Source: Escherichia coli (GTDB lineage: Bacteria > Pseudomonadota > Gammaproteobacteria > Enterobacterales > Enterobacteriaceae). Taken from it: a stretch of 64,000 bases of DNA. Shown piece by piece: positions 26,202 to 36,283 of the stretch. The stretch is taken from assembly GCF_016026235.1 (NCBI RefSeq), contig NZ_CP065613.1; one strand, 5' to 3'. Below the pieces are notes generated by a model. The model was not told the origin of the DNA, searched no databases, and saw only the letters and a program-made list of their open reading frames with translations. Position numbers and translations under genes: made by a program. The stretch's first letter is position 1; the number at the start of each line of letters is the position of its first letter.

Positions 26202-27404
26202 TTAGCGCAGCCATTCAGGCAAATCGTTTAATCCCATTGCCTGGCGGATAAGTTGTGGTTTAACGCCAGGAAGCGTGTCGGCCAGTTTCAAACCAATATC
26301 ACGCAGCAGTTTTTTCGCCGGATTGGTACCGGAAAACAGATCGCGGAATCCCTGCATACCAGCCAGCATCAGCGCCGCACTGTGCTTGCGGCTACGCTCA
26401 TACCGGCGCAGGTAAATGTACTGCCCGATGTCTTTCCCCTGACGATGCAACCGTTTCAGTTCAGCAATCAGCTCTGCAGCATCCATAAAGCCGAGATTTA
26501 CTCCCTGCCCCGCTAGCGGGTGAATGGTATGCGCGGCGTCGCCCACCAGCACCAGACGGTGCGCGGCAAACTGGCGCGCATAACGCCCCGTCAGTGGGAA
26601 CACCTGACGCGCGCTCTCAACCTTGCATAAGCCCAGGCGATTATCAAAAGCGATATTTAACGCGCGATTAAATTCATCTTCACTTGCCTGCTGCATCCGC
26701 TGCGCTTCCTCTGGCGACAGTGACCAGACAATTGAGCAAAGATGCGGATCGCTAAGCGGTAAAAAGGCCAGAATGCCTTCGCCATGGAAAACCTGCCGCG
26801 CCACCGCATCATGCGGTTCTTCCGTGCGAATGGTCGCTACCAGCGCGTGATGCTGATAATCCCAGAAAGTCAGCGGAATATCTGCTTTGTTGCGCAACCA
26901 GGAATTAGCACCGTCCGCGCCAATCACCAGACGCGCCGTTAACATGCTGCCATCTTTCAGCGTCAGGAAAGTTTCATTTTCTCCCCAGGCGACCTGCTGT
27001 AATTCTGCGGGGGCCAACAGAGTGATATCTGACGACTGCTGCGCTTTGTTCCACAGCGCGTAGTGAATCACTGAGTTTTCAACGATATGCCCAAGATGGC
27101 TATAGCCCATGCTTTGATCGTCAAACGAAATGTGACCAAAACTGTCTTTGTCCCACACTTCCATACCGTGATAACAACTGGCCCTACGAGAGAGAATGTC
27201 CTGCCAGACGCCAAGACGGGTGAGTAATTTTTCGCTGGCGGCATTGATAGCCGAAACGCGCAGTTGTGGTGGTGCATCCGCCGCCAGAGGTTCCGGTACG
27301 CGCTGCTCCAGTACGGCAACGCGTAAGCCGCTCCCCTGTAAGCCGCAGGCAACCGCCAGCCCCACCATGCCGCCACCAACAATGGCTACATCAACACTTT
27401 GCAT
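26202..27404 (-). CDS. ubiI: 2-octaprenylphenol hydroxylase UbiI (VisC)
   Basis: 400-aa FAD monooxygenase, VGGGMVG motif. Confidence 0.93.
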   Translation of the reverse strand: MQSVDVAIVGGGMVGLAVACGLQGSGLRVAVLEQRVPEPLAADAPPQLRVSAINAASEKLLTRLGVWQDILSRRASCYHGMEVWDKDSFGHISFDDQSMGYSHLGHIVENSVIHYALWNKAQQSSDITLLAPAELQQVAWGENETFLTLKDGSMLTARLVIGADGANSWLRNKADIPLTFWDYQHHALVATIRTEEPHDAVARQVFHGEGILAFLPLSDPHLCSIVWSLSPEEAQRMQQASEDEFNRALNIAFDNRLGLCKVESARQVFPLTGRYARQFAAHRLVLVGDAAHTIHPLAGQGVNLGFMDAAELIAELKRLHRQGKDIGQYIYLRRYERSRKHSAALMLAGMQGFRDLFSGTNPAKKLLRDIGLKLADTLPGVKPQLIRQAMGLNDLPEWLR

Positions 27405-27426
27405 TGTTTATTCCTTAAAACCGCCT

Positions 27427-28605
27427 TCAACGCGCCACCCAACCGAGGGTGCGCTGCGCCAGCACATCGCGTGCCGGGGTGAATAATTCCATCGTCATCA
27501 GTCCGATGTTGCGCCCGACAACCAGCGGTGCCCAACGGTTGGCAAAAAGATGTACCAGGCTGTCCGTGACGCCGATGGTTGCTTCGCGATCGCTCTGTCG
27601 ACGCTGCTGATAGCGGCACAATATGCCGTAATCACCGATGTCTTCTCCGCGCTCATGCGCCTGAGTCAGGGTTTCCGCAAGGCTCATGACATCTCGCATA
27701 CCGAGGTTAAACCCTTGCCCGGCAATCGGGTGCAGAGTTTGCGCCGCATTGCCCACCAGCACGGTACGATGGGTAATAGCTCTGGCGGCGCGGGTTAACG
27801 CCAGCGGATAAGCACTGCGTTTACCGGCGTGGGTAATTTTTCCAAGTCGCCAGCCAAAGGCCGACTGGAGTTCACGGCAAAACTTCTCGTCGCTCCACGA
27901 CAGCACCTCTTCGCGCCGTTCCAGTGGATGACACCAGACCAGCGAACAGCGTCCGTCAGACATCGGCAACATCGCCAGCGGGCCATGTTGCGTGAAGCGT
28001 TCAAAAGCGCGGCCTTCGTGCGCAACGGAAGTCGCAACGTTGGCAATCACGGCCAGTTGTTCGTAAGGCTCCTGCTGCCAGTCAACGCCGCACGCGGTGG
28101 CTAACGCTGAATGGGTGCCATCAGCTGCTACCAGCACGCGGCCCGTCAGCGTCTCGCCACTCTCCAGCGTCACTTCAACGTGACTCTGAGTACGGGCAAC
28201 GTTAGCTACGCGATCGGGGCAATGCAGCGTTACGCCAGGTGCTTTACGCAGCAATGCAAACAGCCGTTGCCCGACATTGTGCAATTCGACAACCTGTCCC
28301 AGCGCCGCCAGTTGGTAATCTTCTGCGGCGAGGGTGACAAATCCAGCGTGACCACGATCGCTGACATGCACGGTGGTGATGGCAGTTGCGCAATCCGCCA
28401 GAGATTGCCAGACGCCGATGCGCGCCAGTTGCTGACAGGTACCCGCCGCCAGCGCTATCGCTCGTCCATCAAAGCCCGGATGAGCATGTGACTCTGGCGC
28501 AGTCGCTTCAATCAAATGTACCGGCAGCGCCCCGTGACTTAACCGGGAAATAGCCAGCGCCAGCGTCGCGCCCGCCATGCCGCCACCGACGATGATTACG
28601 CTCAT
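27427..28605 (-). CDS. ubiH: 2-octaprenyl-6-methoxyphenol hydroxylase UbiH
   Basis: 392-aa FAD monooxygenase. Confidence 0.93.
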   Translation of the reverse strand: MSVIIVGGGMAGATLALAISRLSHGALPVHLIEATAPESHAHPGFDGRAIALAAGTCQQLARIGVWQSLADCATAITTVHVSDRGHAGFVTLAAEDYQLAALGQVVELHNVGQRLFALLRKAPGVTLHCPDRVANVARTQSHVEVTLESGETLTGRVLVAADGTHSALATACGVDWQQEPYEQLAVIANVATSVAHEGRAFERFTQHGPLAMLPMSDGRCSLVWCHPLERREEVLSWSDEKFCRELQSAFGWRLGKITHAGKRSAYPLALTRAARAITHRTVLVGNAAQTLHPIAGQGFNLGMRDVMSLAETLTQAHERGEDIGDYGILCRYQQRRQSDREATIGVTDSLVHLFANRWAPLVVGRNIGLMTMELFTPARDVLAQRTLGWVAR

Positions 28606-29927
28606 TGCTTTCTCGCAGCAGCCATCAACGCTTCGATTTCTTCCGGCTTTTTCACCACGCTGGCGGTGAGGTTTTCGTTACCGGTTTCGGTAATCACAAT
28701 GTCGTCTTCAATACGAATGCCGATACCGCGATATTGTTCTGGCACATCCGCATCCGGCGCGATATACAGACCAGGCTCTACGGTCAGTACCATCCCCGGT
28801 TCCAGAATGCGCGAGCGATCCTGACCATAAACGCCAACGTCATGGACATCCAGTCCTAACCAGTGGCTAAGGCCATGCATAAAGAAAGGACGATGGGCGT
28901 TCTGAGCGATCAGTTCATCAACATCACCTTTCAGGATGCCGAGTTTTACCAGGCCGCTAACCATGATGCGCACCACTTCACCAGTGACTTCCAGAATGGA
29001 AGTTCCCGGACGATACAGGCGCAGGCTGGTTTCGAGAGACTCCAGCACAATGTCGTAGATTTCACGCTGGGCCTGGGTGAATTTGCCGTTGACCGGGAAG
29101 GTGCGGGTAATATCGCCCGCGTAACCTTTGTATTCACAACCCGCGTCAATCAACACCAGGTCACCGTCGCGCAGTTCACTCTCGTTTTCGGTGTAGTGCA
29201 GAATGCAGCCGTTTTCACCGCTGCCGACAATGGTGTTATAGGACGGATAGCGCGCACCGTGGCGGTTAAATTCGTGGTGAATTTCGCCTTCCAGATGGTA
29301 CTCGAACATTCCCGGACGGCATTTTTCCATCGCCCGTGTATGTGCCATGGCGGTGATTTCTCCCGCGCGGCGGAGTACGGCAATCTCTTCTGGCGATTTG
29401 AACAGGCGCATTTCATGAACAACAGGACGCCAGTCGATCATCGTTGCCGGTGCGGTGAGATTTTGCCGCGAACCTTTACGCAGTTTTTCCAGCGCACTGT
29501 TCACGATTTCATCAGCATATGCATATTCGCCCTGGGCATGGTAAACCACATCCAGGCCGTTAAGTAGTTGATAAAGTTGCTGATTGATTTCGCTGAATGC
29601 CAGTGCGCGGTCAACGCCCAGTTTCTCTGGCGCGGCATCCTGGCCTAAGCGACGGCCAAACCAGATCTCCGCCGTCAGGTCGCGAACGCGGTTAAACAGA
29701 ACGCTGTGGTTATGAGTGTCATCGCTTTTAATCAGCACCAGCACCGCTTCCGGTTCGTTAAAGCCGGTGAAGTACCAGAAGTCACTGTTCTGACGATAGG
29801 GGTATTCGCTGTCGGCGCTACGTGTTACTTCTGGTGCAGCAAAAATCAGCGCGGCGCTGCCGGGTTGCATTTGCTCCACCAAGGCCTGACGGCGACGCTG
29901 AAACTCTTGCCGAGATATCTCACTCAT
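28602..29927 (-). CDS. pepP: Xaa-Pro aminopeptidase PepP
   Basis: 441 aa from MSEISRQEFQRRRQALVEQMQ...; overlaps ubiH start by 4 bp. Confidence 0.92.
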   Translation of the reverse strand: MSEISRQEFQRRRQALVEQMQPGSAALIFAAPEVTRSADSEYPYRQNSDFWYFTGFNEPEAVLVLIKSDDTHNHSVLFNRVRDLTAEIWFGRRLGQDAAPEKLGVDRALAFSEINQQLYQLLNGLDVVYHAQGEYAYADEIVNSALEKLRKGSRQNLTAPATMIDWRPVVHEMRLFKSPEEIAVLRRAGEITAMAHTRAMEKCRPGMFEYHLEGEIHHEFNRHGARYPSYNTIVGSGENGCILHYTENESELRDGDLVLIDAGCEYKGYAGDITRTFPVNGKFTQAQREIYDIVLESLETSLRLYRPGTSILEVTGEVVRIMVSGLVKLGILKGDVDELIAQNAHRPFFMHGLSHWLGLDVHDVGVYGQDRSRILEPGMVLTVEPGLYIAPDADVPEQYRGIGIRIEDDIVITETGNENLTASVVKKPEEIEALMAAARKQ

Positions 29928-29952
29928 AACACTCTCCTTACGTTTTTTGTTT

Positions 29953-30531
29953 TTAGTGTAGAGTCGGTTTTTGTACTTCTGGCGCGGTCGGTTGCGGATG
30001 AGTAAAGGTGTCGTGGCATAACAGCGCGGCAACACGAACGTATTCGATGATCTCTTCAAGCGACATTTCAAGCTCTTCCTGATCTTCGTCTTCGTCGTAA
30101 CCCAGTTGCGCAATGTTACGCAGATCGTCGATAGCTTCACCGGTTTCGCCGGTCACTTTATCCAGCTTCGGTTGCGTAACGCCAAGACCAAGCAGGAAGT
30201 GATTGACCCAACCTGCCAATGCATCAGCCCGATCGAAAACGCTGACATCATCGCCATCAGGCAGATAAAGCTGAAAAAGGAAGCCGTCATCCTGCAGGGC
30301 ATCGCTGGTGGCAGAGTGCATTTTACGCAGTGCCTGTGCCAGCTCATGACCGAAAGCCATGCCTTCGTTCGTCAGGTCGTGAAGTAGCGGTAGCCATGAG
30401 CTGTCATCGTTACCGCCACATATCATCCCACTGATTAAACCATGCATCTCAGCAGGGGTCAGACCCGTCCCTTGTTGGTTCAGATACTGGTTCATTTCGT
30501 TGTAACCAGGCATTTCGTTCTGTATAGACAT
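29953..30531 (-). CDS. ygfB: UPF0149 protein YgfB
   Basis: [21 protein letters not shown]... Confidence 0.88.
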
Positions 30532-30632
30532 AAGCATTCGTCGTCAAAGGGAGGAATATTCATGATATGCTACCACTTTGGGCCCTGGTGGACCAGAAAA
30601 GGGCTTGTCTCTTCTCATCAGGGTAGCTATAG

Positions 30633-31028
<396 letters not shown>

Positions 31029-31069
31029 CACTTTTCGGTTTACTGTGGTAGAGTAACCGTGAAGACAAA

Positions 31070-31253
31070 ATTTCTCTGAGATGTTCGCAAGCGGGCCAGT
31101 CCCCTGAGCCGATATTTCATACCACAAGAATGTGGCGCTCCGCGGTTGGTGAGCATGCTCGGTCCGTCCGAGAAGCCTTAAAACTGCGACGACACATTCA
31201 CCTTGAACCAAGGGTTCAAGGGTTACAGCCTGCGGCGGCATCTCGGAGATTCC
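31070..31253 (+). ncRNA. ssrS: 6S RNA (RNA polymerase sigma-70 regulatory RNA)
   Basis: Begins ATTTCTCTGAGATGTTCGCAAGCGGGCCAGTCCCCTGAGCCG and ends ...GGCGGCATCTCGGAGATTCC, matching E. coli 6S RNA from memory; ends +/- 3 nt. Confidence 0.88.
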
Positions 31254-31327
31254 CTTCTTATCTGGCACCAGCCATGACGCAACTACCAGAACTCCCACTG
31301 ACATTATCCCGACAAGAAATCCGCAAA

Positions 31328-31876
31328 ATGATTCGGCAACGTCGTCGTGCGTTAACGCCGGAACAACAGCAGGAAATGGGTCAACAAGCCGCTACCCGGA
31401 TGATGACTTATCCCCCGGTGGTGATGGCGCATACGGTCGCTGTATTCCTCTCTTTTGATGGTGAACTCGACACCCAGCCGCTAATAGAACAACTCTGGCG
31501 CGCCGGTAAGCGCGTATATCTTCCAGTTTTGCATCCCTTTAGTGCCGGTAATTTGCTGTTCCTGAATTACCATCCGCAAAGCGAACTGGTGATGAACAGG
31601 TTGAAGATCCATGAGCCAAAACTGGATGTGCGTGACGTGCTACCCCTTTCCCGATTAGACGTGCTGATCACACCGCTGGTCGCCTTTGATGAGTACGGTC
31701 AGCGCCTGGGAATGGGCGGTGGTTTTTATGATCGGACCTTACAAAACTGGCAGCACTATAAAACGCAACCGGTGGGTTATGCGCATGATTGTCAGTTGGT
31801 GGAAAAACTCCCCGTTGAAGAGTGGGATATCCCTCTTCCTGCGGTGGTTACACCGTCGAAAGTCTGGGAGTGGTAA
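31328..31876 (+). CDS. ygfA: 5-formyltetrahydrofolate cyclo-ligase (YgfA/Fau), co-transcribed with ssrS
   Basis: 182 aa from MIRQRRRALTPEQQQEMGQQ...; an alternative start at 31274 gives 200 aa. Confidence 0.88.
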   Translation: MIRQRRRALTPEQQQEMGQQAATRMMTYPPVVMAHTVAVFLSFDGELDTQPLIEQLWRAGKRVYLPVLHPFSAGNLLFLNYHPQSELVMNRLKIHEPKLDVRDVLPLSRLDVLITPLVAFDEYGQRLGMGGGFYDRTLQNWQHYKTQPVGYAHDCQLVEKLPVEEWDIPLPAVVTPSKVWEW

Positions 31877-31937
31877 GGGCGATACACCTGCATCGCGCTG
31901 ATTGACATCGTTGATTCTTTAACCTAATTTAGTGAGT

Positions 31938-32082
31938 AAGGGTAAGGGAGGATTGCTCCTCCCCTGTGACTGACTGTTAATAAGCTGGGAAACTTATGAG
32001 TAACAGTACAATCAGTATGATGGCAAGTCGCATCATAACCCTTCTCCTTCAAGCCCTCGCTTCGGTGAGGGCTTTACCGTTA
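31938..32082 (+). ncRNA. sibC: Sib antisense RNA (type I antitoxin), copy 1; ends approximate
   Basis: Promoter TTGACA-17bp-TAATTT at 31902-31930; fully overlaps the ibs ORF on the opposite strand; hairpin AAGCCCTCGCTTCGGTGAGGGCTTT at 32051-32075. Confidence 0.5.
31977..32036 (-). CDS. ibsC: Ibs-family type I toxin, 19 aa (MMRLAIILIVLLLISFPAY)
   Basis: Reverse complement of 31977-32036 translates to an Ibs peptide; SD GGAGAAGGG upstream on the minus strand. Confidence 0.75.
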   Translation of the reverse strand: MMRLAIILIVLLLISFPAY

Positions 32083-32329
32083 CAGCCCCATGCTGCCCAG
32101 TTATCGTAAGCTCTCTTTAAATAACCGCAACGCATTGATCTACCTTTAAATCTTTTCTTCGAGCGCGCTCGAAAAACCCCATGCAAAACAGAGATAATTT
32201 TTGGGAAAAAGGATCTATTACGGCAGTAAACGTGGGCGATGAAGTGGCTATCAAAAAGTTCGGTTCAGGGCGATGCACCCCGCATCGCCCTGATTGACAT
32301 CGTTGATTCTTTGACCTAATTTAGTGAGT

Positions 32330-32474
32330 AAGGGTAAGGGAGGATGACTCCTCCCCTGAGACTGACTGTTAATAAGCTCCGAAACTTATCAGTAACAGTA
32401 CAATCAGTATGATGACAAGTCGCATCATAACCCTTCTCCTTTAAGCCCTCGCTTCGGTGAGGGCTTTACCGTTA
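32330..32474 (+). ncRNA. Sib antisense RNA, copy 2; ends approximate
   Basis: Same promoter and hairpin as copy 1, shifted 392 bp. Confidence 0.5.
32369..32428 (-). CDS. Ibs-family type I toxin, 19 aa (MMRLVIILIVLLLISFGAY), second copy
   Basis: Reverse complement of 32369-32428; differs from copy 1 at two residues. Confidence 0.75.
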   Translation of the reverse strand: MMRLVIILIVLLLISFGAY

Positions 32475-32610
32475 CAGCCCCATGCTGTCCCGCCATCGTA
32501 AATCCCCATTAAATAAACACAACGCATTGATCTGAGTTTGATTTATTTTCTGGAGCAGACTCGCAAAGTAGAATGCGCAACGCGGCAACGGTGTGGAGAA
32601 GGGATAAAAA

Positions 32611-32638
32611 AACGGGCAAGTCAGTGACCTGCCCGTTA
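32611..32638 (-). terminator. Rho-independent terminator of serA
   Basis: Minus strand ACGGGCAGGTCACTGACTTGCCCGTTTTTTTAT just after the serA stop. Confidence 0.7.
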
Positions 32639-32656
32639 ATTTTCAGAGAAGGGGAA

Positions 32657-33889
32657 TTAGTACAGCAGACGGGCGCGAATGGTACCCGGAATAGCTTTCA
32701 TTGCCTGCAGCGCTTTTTCGGCAACGTCTTCGTCAGCTTCAATATCAATAACTACATAACCCATCTGGGCGGAAGTTTGTAGATATTGCGCGGCGATGTT
32801 GACGCCCTGCTCGGCGAAGATTTTGTTCAGCGCAGTTAGCACGCCCGGACGGTTTTCGTGGATGTGCATCAGACGACGACCACCATGCAGTGGCAGCGAG
32901 ACTTCCGGGAAGTTCACCGCAGAGAGCGTTGAGCCATTGTCAGAATACTTGATCAATTTACCCGCAACTTCCAGGCCGATATTCTCCTGCGCTTCCTGAG
33001 TCGAACCGCCAATGTGTGGCGTCAGAAGGACGTTGTCGAATTCACACAGTGGAGAGGTAAATGGATCGCTATTGGTCGCCGGTTCCGTCGGGAATACGTC
33101 GATTGCCGCCCCCGCCAGATGTTTGCTCGCCAGCGCATCACACAGCGCCGGAATATCCACCACAGTACCGCGCGAGGCATTAATCAGCAGCGAGCCGGGC
33201 TTCATTAGCGAAATCTCTTTCGCGCCCATCATATTTTTGGTGGACGGATTCTCTGGTACATGCAGACTCACCACATCGCTCATATTCAGCAGGTCAGAAA
33301 GATGCTGTACCTGAGTGGCGTTGCCCAGCGGCAGTTTGTTTTCAATATCATAAAAGTAAACATACATTCCCAGCGATTCAGCCAGAATGCCCAATTGAGT
33401 ACCAATATGACCGTAGCCGATGATACCCAGCTTTTTGCCGCGCGCTTCAAAAGAACCCGCCGCCAGTTTGTTCCACACGCCACGGTGCGCTTTAGCATTG
33501 GCTTCCGGCACGCCGCGCAATAGCAGCAGCAGTTCGCCAATCACCAGCTCCGCAACAGAGCGCGTATTTGAGAACGGTGCGTTAAATACCGGGATCCCGC
33601 GCTTTGCCGCCGCATCCAGATCAACCTGGTTTGTTCCGATACAGAAACAGCCAATAGCGACCAGTTTTTCTGCGGCGTTGATCACGTCTTCAGTCAGATG
33701 GGTACGGGATCGCAGGCCGATGAAGTGGGCATCGCGGATGGATTCTTTTAATTGTTCATCATCCAGCGCGCCTTTGTGAAATTCGATGTTGGTGTAACCA
33801 GCTGCACGAAGGCTTTCCAGCGCCTTTTGGTGCACGCCTTCTACCAGCAGAAACTTAATCTTGTCTTTCTCCAGCGATACCTTTGCCAT
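32657..33889 (-). CDS. serA: D-3-phosphoglycerate dehydrogenase
   Basis: 410 aa, NAD-binding GxGxxG plus ACT domain. Confidence 0.95.
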   Translation of the reverse strand: MAKVSLEKDKIKFLLVEGVHQKALESLRAAGYTNIEFHKGALDDEQLKESIRDAHFIGLRSRTHLTEDVINAAEKLVAIGCFCIGTNQVDLDAAAKRGIPVFNAPFSNTRSVAELVIGELLLLLRGVPEANAKAHRGVWNKLAAGSFEARGKKLGIIGYGHIGTQLGILAESLGMYVYFYDIENKLPLGNATQVQHLSDLLNMSDVVSLHVPENPSTKNMMGAKEISLMKPGSLLINASRGTVVDIPALCDALASKHLAGAAIDVFPTEPATNSDPFTSPLCEFDNVLLTPHIGGSTQEAQENIGLEVAGKLIKYSDNGSTLSAVNFPEVSLPLHGGRRLMHIHENRPGVLTALNKIFAEQGVNIAAQYLQTSAQMGYVVIDIEADEDVAEKALQAMKAIPGTIRARLLY

Positions 33890-34144
33890 TTACCCAATCC
33901 TGTCTTTTGAAATGTTGTGTGCGGATTTGCATCCGCCTTTCAACATATCAAAAAATAATATTGCGGCAATATGAACGTTTGCGTCGCGATGTTGAGGAAA
34001 TATCACGCAAAGGTAATTCTTGGATGAATATGCTGGTTTAGAGGATTTATTTAGAGCAATCGACAATTGCCTGGTAAAAGCGTGACACATGTCACCAAAT
34101 TTAATGAAGAGAATTTTTTTAACGGGGGAGGTTCCCCCGTCAGA

Positions 34145-34804
34145 TCATTTCACAATGGTTTTGACACCGTCAGGTGTGCCAATCAGCGCAACGTCCGCGC
34201 CACGGTTAGCAAACAAGCCAACAGTCACCACGCCAGGAATCGCATTTATGGCGTTTTCCATCGCTATCGGGTCAAGGATTTCCATGCCGTGGACGTCGAG
34301 GATCACGTTGCCATTATCGGTCACCACGCCCTGACGGTATTCCGGACGACCGCCCAGTTTCACCAGCTGGCGCGCCACTGCACTACGTGCCATCGGGATA
34401 ACTTCTACTGGCAGCGGGAATTTACCCAGAATATCAACCTGCTTGGAAGCGTCTGCAATACAGATAAATTTTTCTGCAACCGAAGCAATGATTTTTTCAC
34501 GGGTCAGCGCCGCGCCGCCGCCTTTGATCATTTGCATGTGGCCGTTGATTTCATCTGCGCCATCAACGTAGATGCCAAGGCTGTCGACTTCGTTGAGATC
34601 AAAAACGTGAATGCCGAGGCTTTTCAGTTTTTCAGTGGAAGCATCTGAACTGGAAACGGCCCCTTCAATCTGGCCTTTCATTGTACCGAGCGCGTCAATA
34701 AAGTGTGCGGCGGTGGAACCTGTACCTACACCAACAATGGTGCCGGGCTGAACATACTGAAGTGCCGCCCATCCTACTGCTTTTTTCAATTCATCCTGCG
34801 TCAT
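34145..34804 (-). CDS. rpiA: Ribose-5-phosphate isomerase A
   Basis: 219 aa from [31 protein letters not shown]... Confidence 0.93.
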
Positions 34805-35186
34805 GATCGTTTCGCCTGTGGTATGAAATTTCACACGCATTATATACAAAAAAAGCGATTCAGACCCCGTTGGCAAGCCGCGTGGTTAACTCATCCATAA
34901 AATATCGCGCAATGGCGGGCATCCCCTTTCGCCCCGCAAATAAAGCATACAACGGTCTGGGTATGCCGCTCCACGGTGCGAACAGAGGCAATAACGCCAC
35001 GCCATTCAACATAACCAGGGCGCGAAGTCGCTAAGCGAAATGCAATAGCGCAAATCCCTGATCTTTTAAGCTGCGCGTTTAACCATTGATACAAATGTTA
35101 CCCGCCGACGGCTGCGGTATATGCAACCTGACACAAAATTGTGTCATAGTGCAGGAAAAAGCATTTACTAGGAGCAGACAACAGCA

Positions 35187-36080
35187 ATGAAACGCCCGGA
35201 CTACAGAACATTACAGGCACTGGATGCGGTGATACGTGAACGAGGATTTGAGCGCGCGGCACAAAAGCTGTGCATTACACAATCAGCCGTCTCACAGCGC
35301 ATTAAGCAACTGGAAAATATGTTCGGGCAGCCGCTGTTGGTGCGTACCGTACCGCCGCGCCCGACGGAACAAGGGCAAAAACTGCTGGCACTGCTGCGCC
35401 AGGTGGAGTTGCTGGAAGAAGAGTGGCTGGGCGATGAACAAACCGGTTCGACTCCGCTGCTGCTTTCACTGGCGGTCAACGCCGACAGTCTGGCGACGTG
35501 GTTGCTTCCGGCACTGGCTCCTGTGTTGGCTGATTCGCCTATCCGCCTCAACTTGCAGGTAGAAGATGAAACCCGTACTCAGGAACGTCTGCGCCGCGGC
35601 GAAGTGGTCGGCGCGGTGAGTATTCAACATCAGGCGCTGCCGAGTTGCCTTGTCGATAAGCTCGGTGCGCTTGACTATCTGTTCGTCAGCTCAAAACCGT
35701 TTGCCGAAAAATATTTCCCTAACGGCGTAACGCGTTCGGCATTATTGAAAGCACCTGTGGTCGCCTTTGACCATCTTGACGATATGCACCAGGCCTTTTT
35801 GCAGCAAAACTTCGATCTGCCTCCAGGCAGCGTGCCCTGCCATATCGTTAATTCTTCAGAAGCGTTCGTGCAACTTGCTCGCCAGGGCACCACCTGCTGT
35901 ATGATCCCGCACCTGCAAATCGAGAAAGAACTAGCCAGCGGTGAACTGATTGACTTAACGCCAGGGCTATTTCAACGCCGGATGCTCTACTGGCACCGCT
36001 TTGCTCCTGAAAGCCGCATGATGCGTAAAGTCACTGATGCGTTGCTCGATTATGGTCACAAAGTCCTTCGTCAGGATTAA
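35187..36080 (+). CDS. argP: LysR-family regulator ArgP (IciA)
   Basis: 297 aa, N-terminal HTH. Confidence 0.93.
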
Positions 36081-36283
36081 TCCATCAAATAATGCCTGAT
36101 AGCACATATCAGGCGTTATCCTCACTTCTTTTTGTATTCCTTGAATCACATCACAAAATAGACAAATCTCAGGCGGCAAAAAACGACGTCTGAATGCATT
36201 TTTTTTGCTGGCGACAAACCCACGTAAAAAGCTCACCGTAAGCGCAAATACCCTCATTTTGATTGCGTTTTACGGAGCAAATA

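Larger units (their letters stand above)
31879..32540. repeat. Tandem duplication (period about 392 bp, two units of about 265 bp shared sequence) each carrying one Ibs/Sib module
   Basis: Unit 1 (31879-32145) and unit 2 (32268-32536) align with scattered substitutions; the tails after each unit differ. Confidence 0.85.

Noticed and set aside
28863-29567. 234-aa plus-strand ORF
   Set aside because: Antisense to pepP.
31879-32540. Possible CRISPR array or REP cluster
   Set aside because: Only two units of about 390 bp, no short spacer-repeat periodicity; the content is explained by Ibs/Sib modules.
33890-34090. 66-aa minus-strand ORF upstream of serA
   Set aside because: It lies in the serA promoter/leader with no supporting signals.
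34891-35094. 67-aa minus-strand ORF between rpiA and argP
   Set aside because: No recognisable domain or RBS; it lies in the divergent promoter region and could be a small relic, not called.
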